From sequence record MW812343.1: a stretch of DNA of 64,000 nt, one strand, 5' to 3'. A program made the translations under genes and the position numbers. Below are positions 9,321 through 18,782 of the stretch, one piece after another; the first letter of the stretch is position 1, and every line of letters begins with the position of its first letter. The notes beneath the pieces are model-generated. The model ran no database searches and was not told the DNA's origin. It saw only the letters and a list, made by a program, of their open reading frames with translations.

Positions 9321-10820
9321 ATGGCAGGTCCAGCAAAACAAGTTATGGGTGAAGTGATTCGCCCACGCTTTAACGTCTATACCATCATGGATCACGCACT
9401 CGGTACGTACGTGAAAGGTGAAGACGGTCTCTACTACCTGAACGGTGGTTTTGCCCACATCATGGGCTTTGCGGGTCGCGGTAACACCTTTAAGTCGACG
9501 CTGATGGATTTCTGTATCTTCCAGATGATGATACGCTACCGTGCTGCATGGGGGTCGAAGTTCGATACCGAAGTCTCCGCTGCGCTCGACCGTTTGGAAC
9601 AGGGTTATATCTCTGCCCAAAACGCTAACGGTATTCACGATGGGTCGTCTGTTCTGAGTCTTATCGAAGAAGAACGTTATAACCTCGTCGGTTCTGACGT
9701 GATGCCGGGTGAGGAGTATTACGCCAGTTATATCCGCGATGAAGTGGAAGGCCGCTTCAAAGCGTACATGGGCGGTAAGGGTGTGCGTGAAACGCCATTC
9801 CCTGATCCGGTGCGTAAACGCAATAAGACCATGAATGACCCGTGGTATTATTCCATCGACTCCCTGTCTGAGTGGCACTCGTCTAAGATTGAAGACAAGC
9901 ACTCTGAAACCAAGGTCGGTGACTCTGAGCAGAACGCCCTGAACATGCGTGACTCACTGGAGAAATCCAACATGATGTCTCGCTGGCCGTCTGCACTGGC
10001 GCGTGGTGGTTTCTTCTTAGCCTTCGTTGCACAGCTTGCCGATGATTCCGGTAAAGCGATGTCACAGGGTGGCAGCAAAGCGAAACCGGCTAACGCCAAA
10101 CTGCTGGATGATGCAGGTGACGATCTGAAATTCGCCGGTATCCCACGTCGTCAGATTTCCTTCCTGACCAACTCCCTGCTGGTAGCCACCAAGTCCGGCG
10201 AGCTGAAACATGAAGGTAGCTACGACGCGAAGACGGGCGTCAACGAAGAGTTGTACCCAACCAAACGTTCGAAAGCAATGAACGCGTCGGTGAACGACCT
10301 GAAAGAAATCGTCTTCACGCAGTATCGCGCGAAGGGCGGCCATACCGGTGTGAAATTCCGTATGGTGTTCTCTCAGGAGATGGGTCTGCTGTATCACCTG
10401 TCACTGTGGCATTACCTCGATAAGGTACTGAAAACCGAATACGGTTACACCAGTGCCGGTTCCGGTGGTGCGATTAAAGAACTGGCAATTCTGCCGGGTC
10501 TCAAGTTCGGCCGTACCACGGTTCGTGACCTGTGTGACGAGAACGTCCGTCTGCGTCGTGCGCTGGAAATTACAGCCGCGCTGGCGTACATGCAGAACAA
10601 CTACCATCGTCTGGAAATGAAGTACCACATCTCTCCTCAGGAATTGTATGAGAAGATCAACGAGAAGTGGGACTGGGACGAGATTCTGGATAACACCGTT
10701 GAGTATTGGATGTTCAAAGACCAGGAAGTCAAAGGTGGTAAACGCACACTGACAGCAATGAGCTTGCTGGCAATGGCGGTGGATGGTCTGGAACCGAAGT
10801 TCTTAACCAAGAAAAAGTAA
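9321..10820 (+). CDS. uvsX: UvsX/RecA-like recombinase (phiKZ gp152-like)
   Basis: Walker A GFAGRGNTFKST, Walker B YSIDSLS, RecA-type LAFVAQL; position next to vRNAP beta-C. Confidence 0.8.
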   Translation: MAGPAKQVMGEVIRPRFNVYTIMDHALGTYVKGEDGLYYLNGGFAHIMGFAGRGNTFKSTLMDFCIFQMMIRYRAAWGSKFDTEVSAALDRLEQGYISAQNANGIHDGSSVLSLIEEERYNLVGSDVMPGEEYYASYIRDEVEGRFKAYMGGKGVRETPFPDPVRKRNKTMNDPWYYSIDSLSEWHSSKIEDKHSETKVGDSEQNALNMRDSLEKSNMMSRWPSALARGGFFLAFVAQLADDSGKAMSQGGSKAKPANAKLLDDAGDDLKFAGIPRRQISFLTNSLLVATKSGELKHEGSYDAKTGVNEELYPTKRSKAMNASVNDLKEIVFTQYRAKGGHTGVKFRMVFSQEMGLLYHLSLWHYLDKVLKTEYGYTSAGSGGAIKELAILPGLKFGRTTVRDLCDENVRLRRALEITAALAYMQNNYHRLEMKYHISPQELYEKINEKWDWDEILDNTVEYWMFKDQEVKGGKRTLTAMSLLAMAVDGLEPKFLTKKK

Positions 10821-10826
10821 TCTGTT

Positions 10827-10846
10827 GTGGCGGGGAAACCCGCCAC
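10827..10846 (+). other. GC-rich GAAA-tetraloop hairpin without U-tract
   Basis: GTGGCGGG-GAAA-CCCGCCAC between uvsX stop and next RBS. Confidence 0.6.
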
Positions 10847-10860
10847 TTGAGGAGCAACCC

Positions 10861-11142
10861 ATGCGTTATCAAACTGATATTGTTGAGCGGTTGCGTCAAG
10901 GTATTGCAGCAGTCAATCGAGATGTGAGTAATCAGCTGGTTGTTGAGCTGAGTAAACCACACCATAATCTCACTGACTTTGCCAAGTGTACGAATCAATT
11001 CTACACGAAGCTGCTCGGTGCCAATGGCGCGAACCAAAGCACGTTCAGTATTCCTGAGAATACGGACGCCATCCCTTTCTGGATTGAAGATCTGGAATCC
11101 GCTGTACTCCCTGTCCTGCGTGTTGCGGGGGCAATGAAATGA
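10861..11142 (+). CDS. Hypothetical protein (93 aa)
   Basis: RBS GAGGAG before ATG 10861; ATGA overlap with next gene. Confidence 0.7.
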   Translation: MRYQTDIVERLRQGIAAVNRDVSNQLVVELSKPHHNLTDFAKCTNQFYTKLLGANGANQSTFSIPENTDAIPFWIEDLESAVLPVLRVAGAMK

Positions 11143-11807
11143 AATTAGATCCTGCACGCCGTAAGAAAGCCGAAGCATTTATTTATCAGCTATTAACACT
11201 CGTTGACCCGTCAGGGATTAATACCGCCGCCGCGAAAGCGTCGATTCCGGGGTTAAGCGATGAAGACTTTAATAAGCTGCGCCACGGCATTCCGATTTAT
11301 AACCCGGCGGGCAGTAAGGTGCAAATCGACCACATGCGTAACGTCGAAATTTGTCGTGCGCTCGGGTTAGAGTTGTGCCAGCGTCTGTACTTTACGGAAC
11401 CGAAGACGGGCTTATTGCACCGAACTCGTTGGCCGCATATTGTCGTACCGCTTCCGGTACGTCGACAGACGCAGATGCGAGAAAAGAAAATTGCTGTTGC
11501 GAAGAACGACCGTGTTCGCGACAAACTCTCTGGCCAAGTGGTCGGCCCATCCAAAGCGTCTGGGGTATCGTTCCCTGAGTCGTACATTATGTTCTCGGAT
11601 GGTCTGGACAATAGCTTGGAAGAGTTCTTGCATGCGCGTGGAGGTAATGAAGCACTGCAACGTGCGTTCTACCAATCCATCCGACAAACTGGCCAAGGCC
11701 GTATCAAGATACCCGGTGCCGAACGCACCTCCAGTAAAGCCACTCGTACGTGGAGTGCCTATTACAAAGCCATGGGTATCGGTAACAACATAGGTTCCCC
11801 GCAATGA
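11139..11807 (+). CDS. rpoB: Virion RNA polymerase beta subunit, C-terminal fragment (phiKZ gp149-like)
   Basis: PVRRQTQMREKKI...RDKLSGQVVGPSKASGVSFPE...EFLHARGG resembles the RpoB C-terminal clamp/switch region; synteny with uvsX. Confidence 0.8.
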   Translation: MKLDPARRKKAEAFIYQLLTLVDPSGINTAAAKASIPGLSDEDFNKLRHGIPIYNPAGSKVQIDHMRNVEICRALGLELCQRLYFTEPKTGLLHRTRWPHIVVPLPVRRQTQMREKKIAVAKNDRVRDKLSGQVVGPSKASGVSFPESYIMFSDGLDNSLEEFLHARGGNEALQRAFYQSIRQTGQGRIKIPGAERTSSKATRTWSAYYKAMGIGNNIGSPQ

Positions 11808-12532
11808 GAACAGGTCGTCGCTATCTGGTAGATATAGATACACTTTTCGATACCCGCTTAGGCTGGGCGAAGGTCATAGCACCTGAGGCGCTGGATAAGC
11901 TTGAGTTAGATGCTTTCCGTAAACGCCACACCGATATCTGGGCAGAAGCGATCGGCATCCAAAACTGGTCTGAACAACTCAAACAACGTGACAAGCGCGC
12001 GTTGTTCATGTCAGACCCGACAGAGTTCCTGTTGGGTTTGAAGAATCAGGTGCTCGTTGACTTGACCACATTAGTAATGTCGTCGCCCATTGACCGACCG
12101 ACTATTACGATTAACATGTGGCCTTACACCGACCTTACAGCCGAACAATCGGAAACGTTCATGCAGAACTTCCGTGGGTTGTACAACGAGGTCAAGGTGG
12201 ACATGGTCTATATCGATCACAAAGATCTCTCACCCGGACGTCTCGACAGTATGTGGGACATCTGGTACATGTTCGACTGGTTTAACTGGATTGCTATCCA
12301 TGCGGGAAATTTTGCGAAAAAAATACCCCAGTTTAAAATCCACCCGCCAGCGTTGCTGACGGAAGGACTTACCACTGAGGCGATTGAAGCGATAGAGCGC
12401 GATGCGGTTAACCCGTTCAGCGCTCTCACACGATTCATGGAAGAGTTGGTCACCGTCGATCCGGTGGATGCGCGGCTGTATTCTATTCTTCGTCCCCTGC
12501 AAGAGCAGGACGGGCAAACGCCGTCGCCATAA
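11804..12532 (+). CDS. Conserved hypothetical protein with HAD-like N-terminal motif
   Basis: YLVDIDTLFDT resembles HAD motif I (DxDxT); ATGA overlap. Confidence 0.6.
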   Translation: MRTGRRYLVDIDTLFDTRLGWAKVIAPEALDKLELDAFRKRHTDIWAEAIGIQNWSEQLKQRDKRALFMSDPTEFLLGLKNQVLVDLTTLVMSSPIDRPTITINMWPYTDLTAEQSETFMQNFRGLYNEVKVDMVYIDHKDLSPGRLDSMWDIWYMFDWFNWIAIHAGNFAKKIPQFKIHPPALLTEGLTTEAIEAIERDAVNPFSALTRFMEELVTVDPVDARLYSILRPLQEQDGQTPSP

Positions 12533-12947
12533 TCGCATTAACATCAATCTTTTCGCCAACGGGTGCCAGCTCGCCTTCTTTGTGTTCCTGTCTGGGAACG
12601 TTAGGAAGCGCGGGTTGGTACCCCGTATTTTCATCGGTGTTTTCGTCGTGACGTTGAATGCGCACACCCGGACGGCCCAGCACAACGGAGTTCAAGGCGT
12701 TAGCCACATCCTGTGCAGCACCTGCGGTTTTCTGTGCAGCTTCGGCGCGACGTTTACCGAGGATTTGCCTGTCGACACCCGACAGCATTTTCTCAAGGGA
12801 GTTAACAAGGTCTTTGTCTTTATGGACATTGTCATCTTCCATGATGAGGTTAGCCACGCGGATACGGGCTTGACGGGTTTGGCGGAGAAGCGACTCTTCG
12901 TCATCAACATCTCCGTCGAAGGCTTGGTACTTCACTTCTTCGCTCAT
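12483..12947 (-). CDS. Hypothetical protein
   Basis: 154-aa ORF, RBS GAGG, 50-bp convergent overlap with neighbour. Confidence 0.7.
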   Translation of the reverse strand: MSEEVKYQAFDGDVDDEESLLRQTRQARIRVANLIMEDDNVHKDKDLVNSLEKMLSGVDRQILGKRRAEAAQKTAGAAQDVANALNSVVLGRPGVRIQRHDENTDENTGYQPALPNVPRQEHKEGELAPVGEKIDVNAIMATAFARPALAGDEE

Positions 12948-12973
12948 GGGTATGCCTCTTTTAAAAAAGAACT

Positions 12974-12996
12974 CAGACAGATATTATCTTGATGAG
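12974..12996 (+). promoter_or_regulatory. Early-promoter-like motif (copy 2)
   Basis: CAGACAGATATTATCTTGATGAG in a divergent intergenic gap. Confidence 0.5.
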
Positions 12997-13020
12997 ATTA
13001 TCTCAACTAAGGATCAACTT

Positions 13021-13554
13021 ATGTTGTTCGAATGGCTCACGTTACCTTTAAAGCGCAACGCCCATAAGCGGCGTAGAAGCTATTTAGAGGCCGAGTTCCA
13101 TAAGAATACCCAGAATACTTATCAGAGGGTCCTAATAGGCTTAGCGTTGCTTACAGAACCTCTGGAGTATAAGGGTGACACTTACCTTGGTGTTGACCTG
13201 ATGGGTAATCTGGAACTCCGGTGTAAAAGCTACGATATCCTTCATCAGCGGTTTGCTTTTCTGCTGCGTGAATACGATCGTGTGCTGAACGCCACTGGGC
13301 GCAACCCAGACTGGAGTCCCTATCCGGCTGTCCTAGACCCACAGCAGGATAAACCGTTGATGCGATGGTTCGATGAGTATTTCGGTACCAGCAGCACGGA
13401 TGTCGTACGGCAGAAGTTACGTCGAACGTACGAATTGTTAGAGACTTATCGAGACGTGTATAGCAGTAAAACCAACCCAGAACAAGATGTGCTGTTTAAC
13501 CTAACACGCCATCTCGTTCGAGAGTTAGAGGCCATAGTGGAACACTATCTCTAA
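13021..13554 (+). CDS. Hypothetical protein (177 aa)
   Basis: RBS AAGGA before ATG 13021; listed start 12946 would run through the promoter motif. Confidence 0.7.
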   Translation: MLFEWLTLPLKRNAHKRRRSYLEAEFHKNTQNTYQRVLIGLALLTEPLEYKGDTYLGVDLMGNLELRCKSYDILHQRFAFLLREYDRVLNATGRNPDWSPYPAVLDPQQDKPLMRWFDEYFGTSSTDVVRQKLRRTYELLETYRDVYSSKTNPEQDVLFNLTRHLVRELEAIVEHYL

Positions 13555-13585
13555 TCCGTTCATCTCCTTGGAACAAGGGCGAACT

Positions 13586-14428
13586 ATGAGTAAGAAGAAT
13601 AGCAAACTGAAAAAGTTGCTGGCAGAGGGTGCCCCGGACGATACCCCGATTGGGATATACCTTCGAACAGCATACTGGAATATCGTGAAACACGAAATGC
13701 GTTTAGCTCCGGTGGACTGGATGGTGTTGTTGAAAGCGTACGTGGCAGATGATCGCTTCGTGGGTCGTTCAACAGCAGAGCCAAAGGAGCGTGAGAGTCG
13801 ACTGATTAACGCCTTAACCGGTGGTTCGGTAAGGGGTGTCAGTGTTGACTTCACTTGGGTGCGATTCATTGAAAGTTTGGTGATGTTGCGCATCGAAACG
13901 TTAACGTTAACCGCGAAAGCAACCCGTGGTAAGTTTGGGGCAACCAAGGTCGTACACGCGTCCTGTAATCCCAAACAAGAACTGCTGCGGATTGTGGATG
14001 GGGAAATGGACGAGGACTTGAAAGGGTCAGCGAGTCAAACGTTAAACGCGTTCTTCAAAGACCGGCAGCGTACTGCCTCGCAGGTCATGGAGCACATCTT
14101 ACTCAAAGTGTTGTGGGGTTTCTTTGTTGAATACAACATTGATGCAGAGATGTGGCGCAAACTGTCAACGGCTTATGTTAATAATCCGAAGAACTGTCCG
14201 GCACTGTCTAACCGACGTAATGATAAACGGCATAATCTGCAATCGGCGATTCGTTTCACGAAGAAGATTTCGTGGAAGAAGTTCCTTGAAGCGCTGAAAG
14301 CCATTGATGTCCGTGAGTTTCGTTGCGCGTTCTTGTGTACCAACGACAAGAACCAGTCCTTCGAGACAGAAATCGTCGTTGACCTAACCCAACTCGTTTT
14401 CTGGAGTAACCGCAATGAGTCTGAGTAA
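13586..14428 (+). CDS. Hypothetical basic protein with internal two-fold repeat
   Basis: Two related halves (W...L..AYV ... L.NAL ... F/ISW..F.E.L); RBS AAGGG. Confidence 0.7.
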   Translation: MSKKNSKLKKLLAEGAPDDTPIGIYLRTAYWNIVKHEMRLAPVDWMVLLKAYVADDRFVGRSTAEPKERESRLINALTGGSVRGVSVDFTWVRFIESLVMLRIETLTLTAKATRGKFGATKVVHASCNPKQELLRIVDGEMDEDLKGSASQTLNAFFKDRQRTASQVMEHILLKVLWGFFVEYNIDAEMWRKLSTAYVNNPKNCPALSNRRNDKRHNLQSAIRFTKKISWKKFLEALKAIDVREFRCAFLCTNDKNQSFETEIVVDLTQLVFWSNRNESE

Positions 14429-15698
14429 ATTAGACGGCTTTTCGAGCCGTATCAGCGACGTAGGCAATGCGGCCGATCGTGTTCAAAACGGGGTGGCTTC
14501 TGCCGCCAATCGTGTACAGGACACCGTAGATGGAGCTGAGCGCGGTATACAGAGCGCACAGAACCTCTATAATGACACCGTGGACAAAGCCGGGAAAGCG
14601 TATGACAGTCTGACCACTGGGGCCAGCACGATTACGAGCAAACTCGGTAACTTGTTCGGTGGTAGCGATTTGGCAACGTCCAACGCGATTAAAGCGCCGG
14701 GGTCGGCGGAGTCAGGAGCCTCGCCAAGCAGTCGTATCGCGGGCTTCTCAACCGATCCTAAAGACACGTTGCCGAGCATTAACCCGCTGAACCGTGAAGT
14801 GGCCGAACCGTTCAAACCCAAGAACGAAGCCGCCAACGGTGTGTTGGATTACCTGAAACCCGGCAAGGCAGGTAGCTTGCTGTCACAAGGGTTCAGTAAA
14901 TTGACCTCGCTGCGCGACAGTGCGTTGAGTGCTGTCGGGACGGACTATGCTTCGGTGAAGAAGCGCATCGAATCCACCATGCAAGTGGCGGGTCAGTTAG
15001 CGCGCTTACCGGGCGAAGTACAGCAAGAGATTAACTCGTATGTCTCTGCGGTCAACCAAGTCCGTAATGAAGTCACTGCCGTGATTGACGGCGCAACACA
15101 AACCTTCAAATCCTTCAAAGACTTCGATGACTATCTGGCAATTGACAGTTTCATTGAAAGCTTTAAGGGCAGTAACAGTCTGGCCAACTTTGACATTGGC
15201 ACAACGTCGGGTCTCATCTTTGGTATCTCCAGTAAGCTGTCTGAGTACGGCTTGCCAGAGAAAACCGTCTCTATGGTTGACGCTATCACCGATCCAGTGG
15301 CGAAGCGTGCGATGTATGGCGAATTGCTGGTTCAGGCCGCAAGCATCGGCAACATCGACACCGTGGAGTTCTATCTGACTAAACTCGAACCCGGTCAAGG
15401 GTTGGAGCTGTCTTCGGATGTTATCCAGAAATTGTTCGGGAGCCTGCAAGTGGATACAGGTGTGGGATTAAAGTCCTACGGTACTCGCTTGTTGAGCATC
15501 TGTAATTCACTCGATCCGAATTGGGACAAGACGAAAGTTGCCCCAGTACGTACCGAGTTGCTGAATTACACGTACTGCAATATTAACGCGTTGCAGGCAC
15601 TGTTAACGACCGCCAAGCGCAAGTATGTGTGTGCCGCAGGCAGTCGCCGTCTGCAACGTGCGGATGTGCTTGTTAACCAGTTCTTCCCGGCAGCCTGA
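14415..15698 (+). CDS. Probable virion structural protein with S/G/A/N-rich N-terminus
   Basis: 427 aa, low-complexity apolipoprotein-like N-terminal repeats then globular C-terminus. Confidence 0.55.
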   Translation: MSLSKLDGFSSRISDVGNAADRVQNGVASAANRVQDTVDGAERGIQSAQNLYNDTVDKAGKAYDSLTTGASTITSKLGNLFGGSDLATSNAIKAPGSAESGASPSSRIAGFSTDPKDTLPSINPLNREVAEPFKPKNEAANGVLDYLKPGKAGSLLSQGFSKLTSLRDSALSAVGTDYASVKKRIESTMQVAGQLARLPGEVQQEINSYVSAVNQVRNEVTAVIDGATQTFKSFKDFDDYLAIDSFIESFKGSNSLANFDIGTTSGLIFGISSKLSEYGLPEKTVSMVDAITDPVAKRAMYGELLVQAASIGNIDTVEFYLTKLEPGQGLELSSDVIQKLFGSLQVDTGVGLKSYGTRLLSICNSLDPNWDKTKVAPVRTELLNYTYCNINALQALLTTAKRKYVCAAGSRRLQRADVLVNQFFPAA

Positions 15699-15709
15699 AG
15701 GTAAAAAAT

Positions 15710-16744
15710 ATGACTAACGTTGAAATGAGAGAACTGCGTGACTTGATTGCCTCAGTGCGCGGTTCGGACTGGGAACCCGAAGTACGTGACCGCATTGTGG
15801 CTCGGTTAATACTGGCTCAGCTCCACGGGCCAAACTGGGTACATGCGTTCAATAAATCCCTGCCGTTGAATGAACGTGTGGCGGGGTTTGACTCAACCGC
15901 GATGGACAGAGTGTTAGGCTCAAGACTGGCGACCTCTTTAGGGTTGACCACAATTGAACGGCCGGGACATTTCGATCCTATCTGGTTTGATGGGGAGCTT
16001 TCCTACCTGTCTACTAACCCGCAGTTCCGTGAGAAGATTGTACGGCGTTTACGCTCAATCGGATACCGGAGCACGGCAGTGGACACGATACCGTCAACCG
16101 ACGGTCTCAACCATTACAACATTTACTCACAATCGAGCAACCCGGTAGGGCAATTGGCCAGTAACTTTGCCTCTAGCCCCGATGGGACATGCTTCGATAC
16201 ACCCCATGGCCCGTACCGTACGCTGGAAGGTTATTATCATGTCCTGCGTGTGCTGGATTACTTTCTGCACATTGATGCGGAAGAGGAGATTTCAGACTAT
16301 CCCCTCTATCAGTACAACAACGACCCCGTTCAACGTGACCTGTTTGTCTTAGAGTGCTTCAGCATGAAGTTCCCAGAGATTGATAGAATGCGTGAGGTCG
16401 ATGGTGCAGAAGGGATACGGGCTGGTCGGTTATTGAAGAAGGCCGTTTATGGGGGTTCACGTTACCGTCCGGGTGCGTTTTCTGAGCACGTCGAGCGCTG
16501 TTTTATGAAGGCGGTCGTGCACAAGTTGCATAAACTTAAACTGGATGGCGTGTGTCTTGGGAATATCATGGCGGAGATTCATCAGCAAGGTATTCCGTTT
16601 GAACACTACTACGTGATGAGCGGGAAGATTCACATTCCAAACCATGCGGACTGGTTACCCGGTCTGTATACGCGGATTGTGGAAAACATCGACCCGTATG
16701 CCGTGGACTTCGACCCAGAGGACGTCATCAAACAACTGGGGTAG
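15710..16744 (+). CDS. NADAR-family protein (T4 gp30.3/YbiA-like) with N-terminal extension
   Basis: NIYSQSSNPVGQLASNFA...HGPYRTLEGYYH and GAEGIRAGR match the SNFA...(L/S)E and G..A...GR NADAR motifs. Confidence 0.6.
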   Translation: MTNVEMRELRDLIASVRGSDWEPEVRDRIVARLILAQLHGPNWVHAFNKSLPLNERVAGFDSTAMDRVLGSRLATSLGLTTIERPGHFDPIWFDGELSYLSTNPQFREKIVRRLRSIGYRSTAVDTIPSTDGLNHYNIYSQSSNPVGQLASNFASSPDGTCFDTPHGPYRTLEGYYHVLRVLDYFLHIDAEEEISDYPLYQYNNDPVQRDLFVLECFSMKFPEIDRMREVDGAEGIRAGRLLKKAVYGGSRYRPGAFSEHVERCFMKAVVHKLHKLKLDGVCLGNIMAEIHQQGIPFEHYYVMSGKIHIPNHADWLPGLYTRIVENIDPYAVDFDPEDVIKQLG

Positions 16745-16750
16745 ATCGAT

Positions 16751-17410
16751 ATGTCATTTCTTGACACCATTGATGAACTGGAACGGGAAGGTGAAGAAAG
16801 TGTCATGAAAGTGGCACGGGAATCCATCTCTACCGAAACTGAGAAAGAGTATTGCCTTTGGGTGAAGCCGACGGCAGAAGGGTGGGAATGGTTACGTGAG
16901 CAGCAGGCATCGATGTATATTGATACTCTGATGCCCATTAACCGTGGCAAGCGTCGTGTGCGTATCACCGAAGACCATAAAGCGGTACTGACGGTGAAGC
17001 GCTTTGCGGAGGAAGGGTGTGTGGAAGAGAACTCGGACATCGGGTTTGACACCGCACTCACTTTCTACCAAGACGACTTTGTGTCCCATCTGGTGAGCCG
17101 CATTCATTTGCCTGCGGGTGAGCTGGAAGCGAAAGGGGGTAAGCACTGGGACATCGATATCTTCTATCGTGCCGGTGGCCACCCTCAATTGCTGAACACT
17201 GACGACTTTGACAGTCTGCTCAACACCATGAAGCAAGGTAGCTCGTATGCCGAGTGGGTGAAAGTTGAGTTGGAAGTGGAACGGTTTGCGATGGAATCAA
17301 TTCGCGAACATATCCCGTTTGCGGTTGAAGACATCATACCGTCACGCCCGACGAAACCCGAAGACCAGGAGTTCATCAGGAACTTTTGGGACGTGGATAC
17401 ACGTCTGTAA
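16751..17410 (+). CDS. CYTH/triphosphate tunnel metalloenzyme-like protein
   Basis: ETEKEY (ExExK), RRVRI, LTVKR, VEEN, WDIDIF, KVELEV follow CYTH motif order. Confidence 0.6.
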   Translation: MSFLDTIDELEREGEESVMKVARESISTETEKEYCLWVKPTAEGWEWLREQQASMYIDTLMPINRGKRRVRITEDHKAVLTVKRFAEEGCVEENSDIGFDTALTFYQDDFVSHLVSRIHLPAGELEAKGGKHWDIDIFYRAGGHPQLLNTDDFDSLLNTMKQGSSYAEWVKVELEVERFAMESIREHIPFAVEDIIPSRPTKPEDQEFIRNFWDVDTRL

Positions 17411-17415
17411 TGAAC

Positions 17416-17450
17416 AACCACTCCTTCGGGAGTGGTTTTCTTTTTTCTTT
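17416..17450 (+). terminator. Rho-independent terminator, UUCG loop
   Basis: AACCACTCC-TTCG-GGAGTGGTT plus T-tract. Confidence 0.85.
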
Positions 17451-17497
17451 TTACGCCATGATGGCTAACTATGTAAAACTCCTAGGGAATAACTAAA

Positions 17498-17926
17498 ATG
17501 AATACACTGGCATTTGAATCGGGTAAAGGGTTGAGCGTTAACGGACATCTGGTTCCGGACACCAATAACCACCATTTTGAAAAACTGTACCGTCGCATCG
17601 GCGTCGGTCGTAAGGTTAACATCAAAGTCACTAATGAGATTGCCCTAAATGGCAACGTAGAAGCACTGGGGCCGATGTTCGGCTTCCGTCCTAGTCAGGA
17701 TGCGGCAGCAGCGCTACTGCGCCACGGAGAGTGTTCTAGCGGCGTGTACGCGTTTCGTTTACTCGGTTCGCTTCGTCGTATCTCCGATAAGCACTTCGGG
17801 CAGGGCATGACACCGTCGGTGTTGAACACCGGTGAAATCATTATCCTTATTTACTCCAACCACGAACACGCATCGGGTTTGGATTTCATGATTAGCTACT
17901 CAGAAGTGGAGAGCGCAGATGTCTGA
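17498..17926 (+). CDS. Hypothetical protein
   Basis: 142-aa ORF overlapping next gene. Confidence 0.7.
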   Translation: MNTLAFESGKGLSVNGHLVPDTNNHHFEKLYRRIGVGRKVNIKVTNEIALNGNVEALGPMFGFRPSQDAAAALLRHGECSSGVYAFRLLGSLRRISDKHFGQGMTPSVLNTGEIIILIYSNHEHASGLDFMISYSEVESADV

Positions 17927-18782
17927 TGTACAATACCCGGTGTTAAAGAACTTTGAACGTGTCGTGGAATGGAATACCAATTCTGACATTTATCGCCACG
18001 GCAACGTACACCAACAATCACTGAAGATGTACCGCCATCTTGGTGAACTGTGTGAAGGTGTGCAAAAAATGAAACAGCTGGATGTCGCGGCTGCAATGGG
18101 TAAGTTTGCCGTTGCACTGGTTGGTGTGGCGTCTTTTGCTGGCGTCGATCCTGATGAGCTGAGCGAGCTGTACAGCTACAGTGGAAGAAAAGCAACACCA
18201 TGTACACCTTCAGAAGCGGCGTGTAATCTGGTGCGTTCTACGACCTCTATGGTTAACGATATCAACCAGTGGCTGTCACCTGCCGGTACACAGATGGCGA
18301 GAGCCATTGCCACATCTTCCATTTGCGAAGTTTTCTGTCTGTTGAAGCAGAACGCTTCAATCAATGCGGTTGTTTTAGACCGCACCATTGAGAACGCCAC
18401 TAATGCCCTTTGTGCGAAAAGGGGCAAGATGGATGAATTTGGCATTTTCCATCCCGAAGAAGCTAAGTTTGTGGGCCGGTCTTCCGGAGAGTGGGCTTAC
18501 CTTGCCATTAGCAAAGGGCTGGAATCACGCTTTGCTGAACTCAATGCGCGCTTTCAGTACGAAAGCCTAACTGGCGACCTCACCGAAGTTATCGGCCAGG
18601 AAATGAATAACAAACTCAACGAATTGTTGGAAAAACATGTTCGAATGAAGACCGAGTTAAAGCATCATCTCACTGGTCTCAATCCATCTGTTGAGGTGAC
18701 TCGAAATGCCGGTGTGGTCAATATCGTAATGAACAGCGATCTGTACCAATTACTTGCTGTATTAGGAAAGGTAAAAGACTGA
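17919..18782 (+). CDS. Degenerate MazG-like (NTP-PPase) protein with C-terminal extension
   Basis: RVVEW...[16 protein letters not shown]...[10 protein letters not shown] and [14 protein letters not shown] parallel the 22241 protein but lack its acidic metal ligands. Confidence 0.5.
   Translation: MSDVQYPVLKNFERVVEWNTNSDIYRHGNVHQQSLKMYRHLGELCEGVQKMKQLDVAAAMGKFAVALVGVASFAGVDPDELSELYSYSGRKATPCTPSEAACNLVRSTTSMVNDINQWLSPAGTQMARAIATSSICEVFCLLKQNASINAVVLDRTIENATNALCAKRGKMDEFGIFHPEEAKFVGRSSGEWAYLAISKGLESRFAELNARFQYESLTGDLTEVIGQEMNNKLNELLEKHVRMKTELKHHLTGLNPSVEVTRNAGVVNIVMNSDLYQLLAVLGKVKD

Noticed and set aside
8964-9902. 312-aa minus-strand ORF antisense to uvsX
   Set aside because: Shadow ORF; typical antisense composition rich in V/H/F/T
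12946-13020. Listed ORF start at 12946
   Set aside because: It overlaps the divergent gene start and the promoter-like motif; ATG 13021 has a proper RBS
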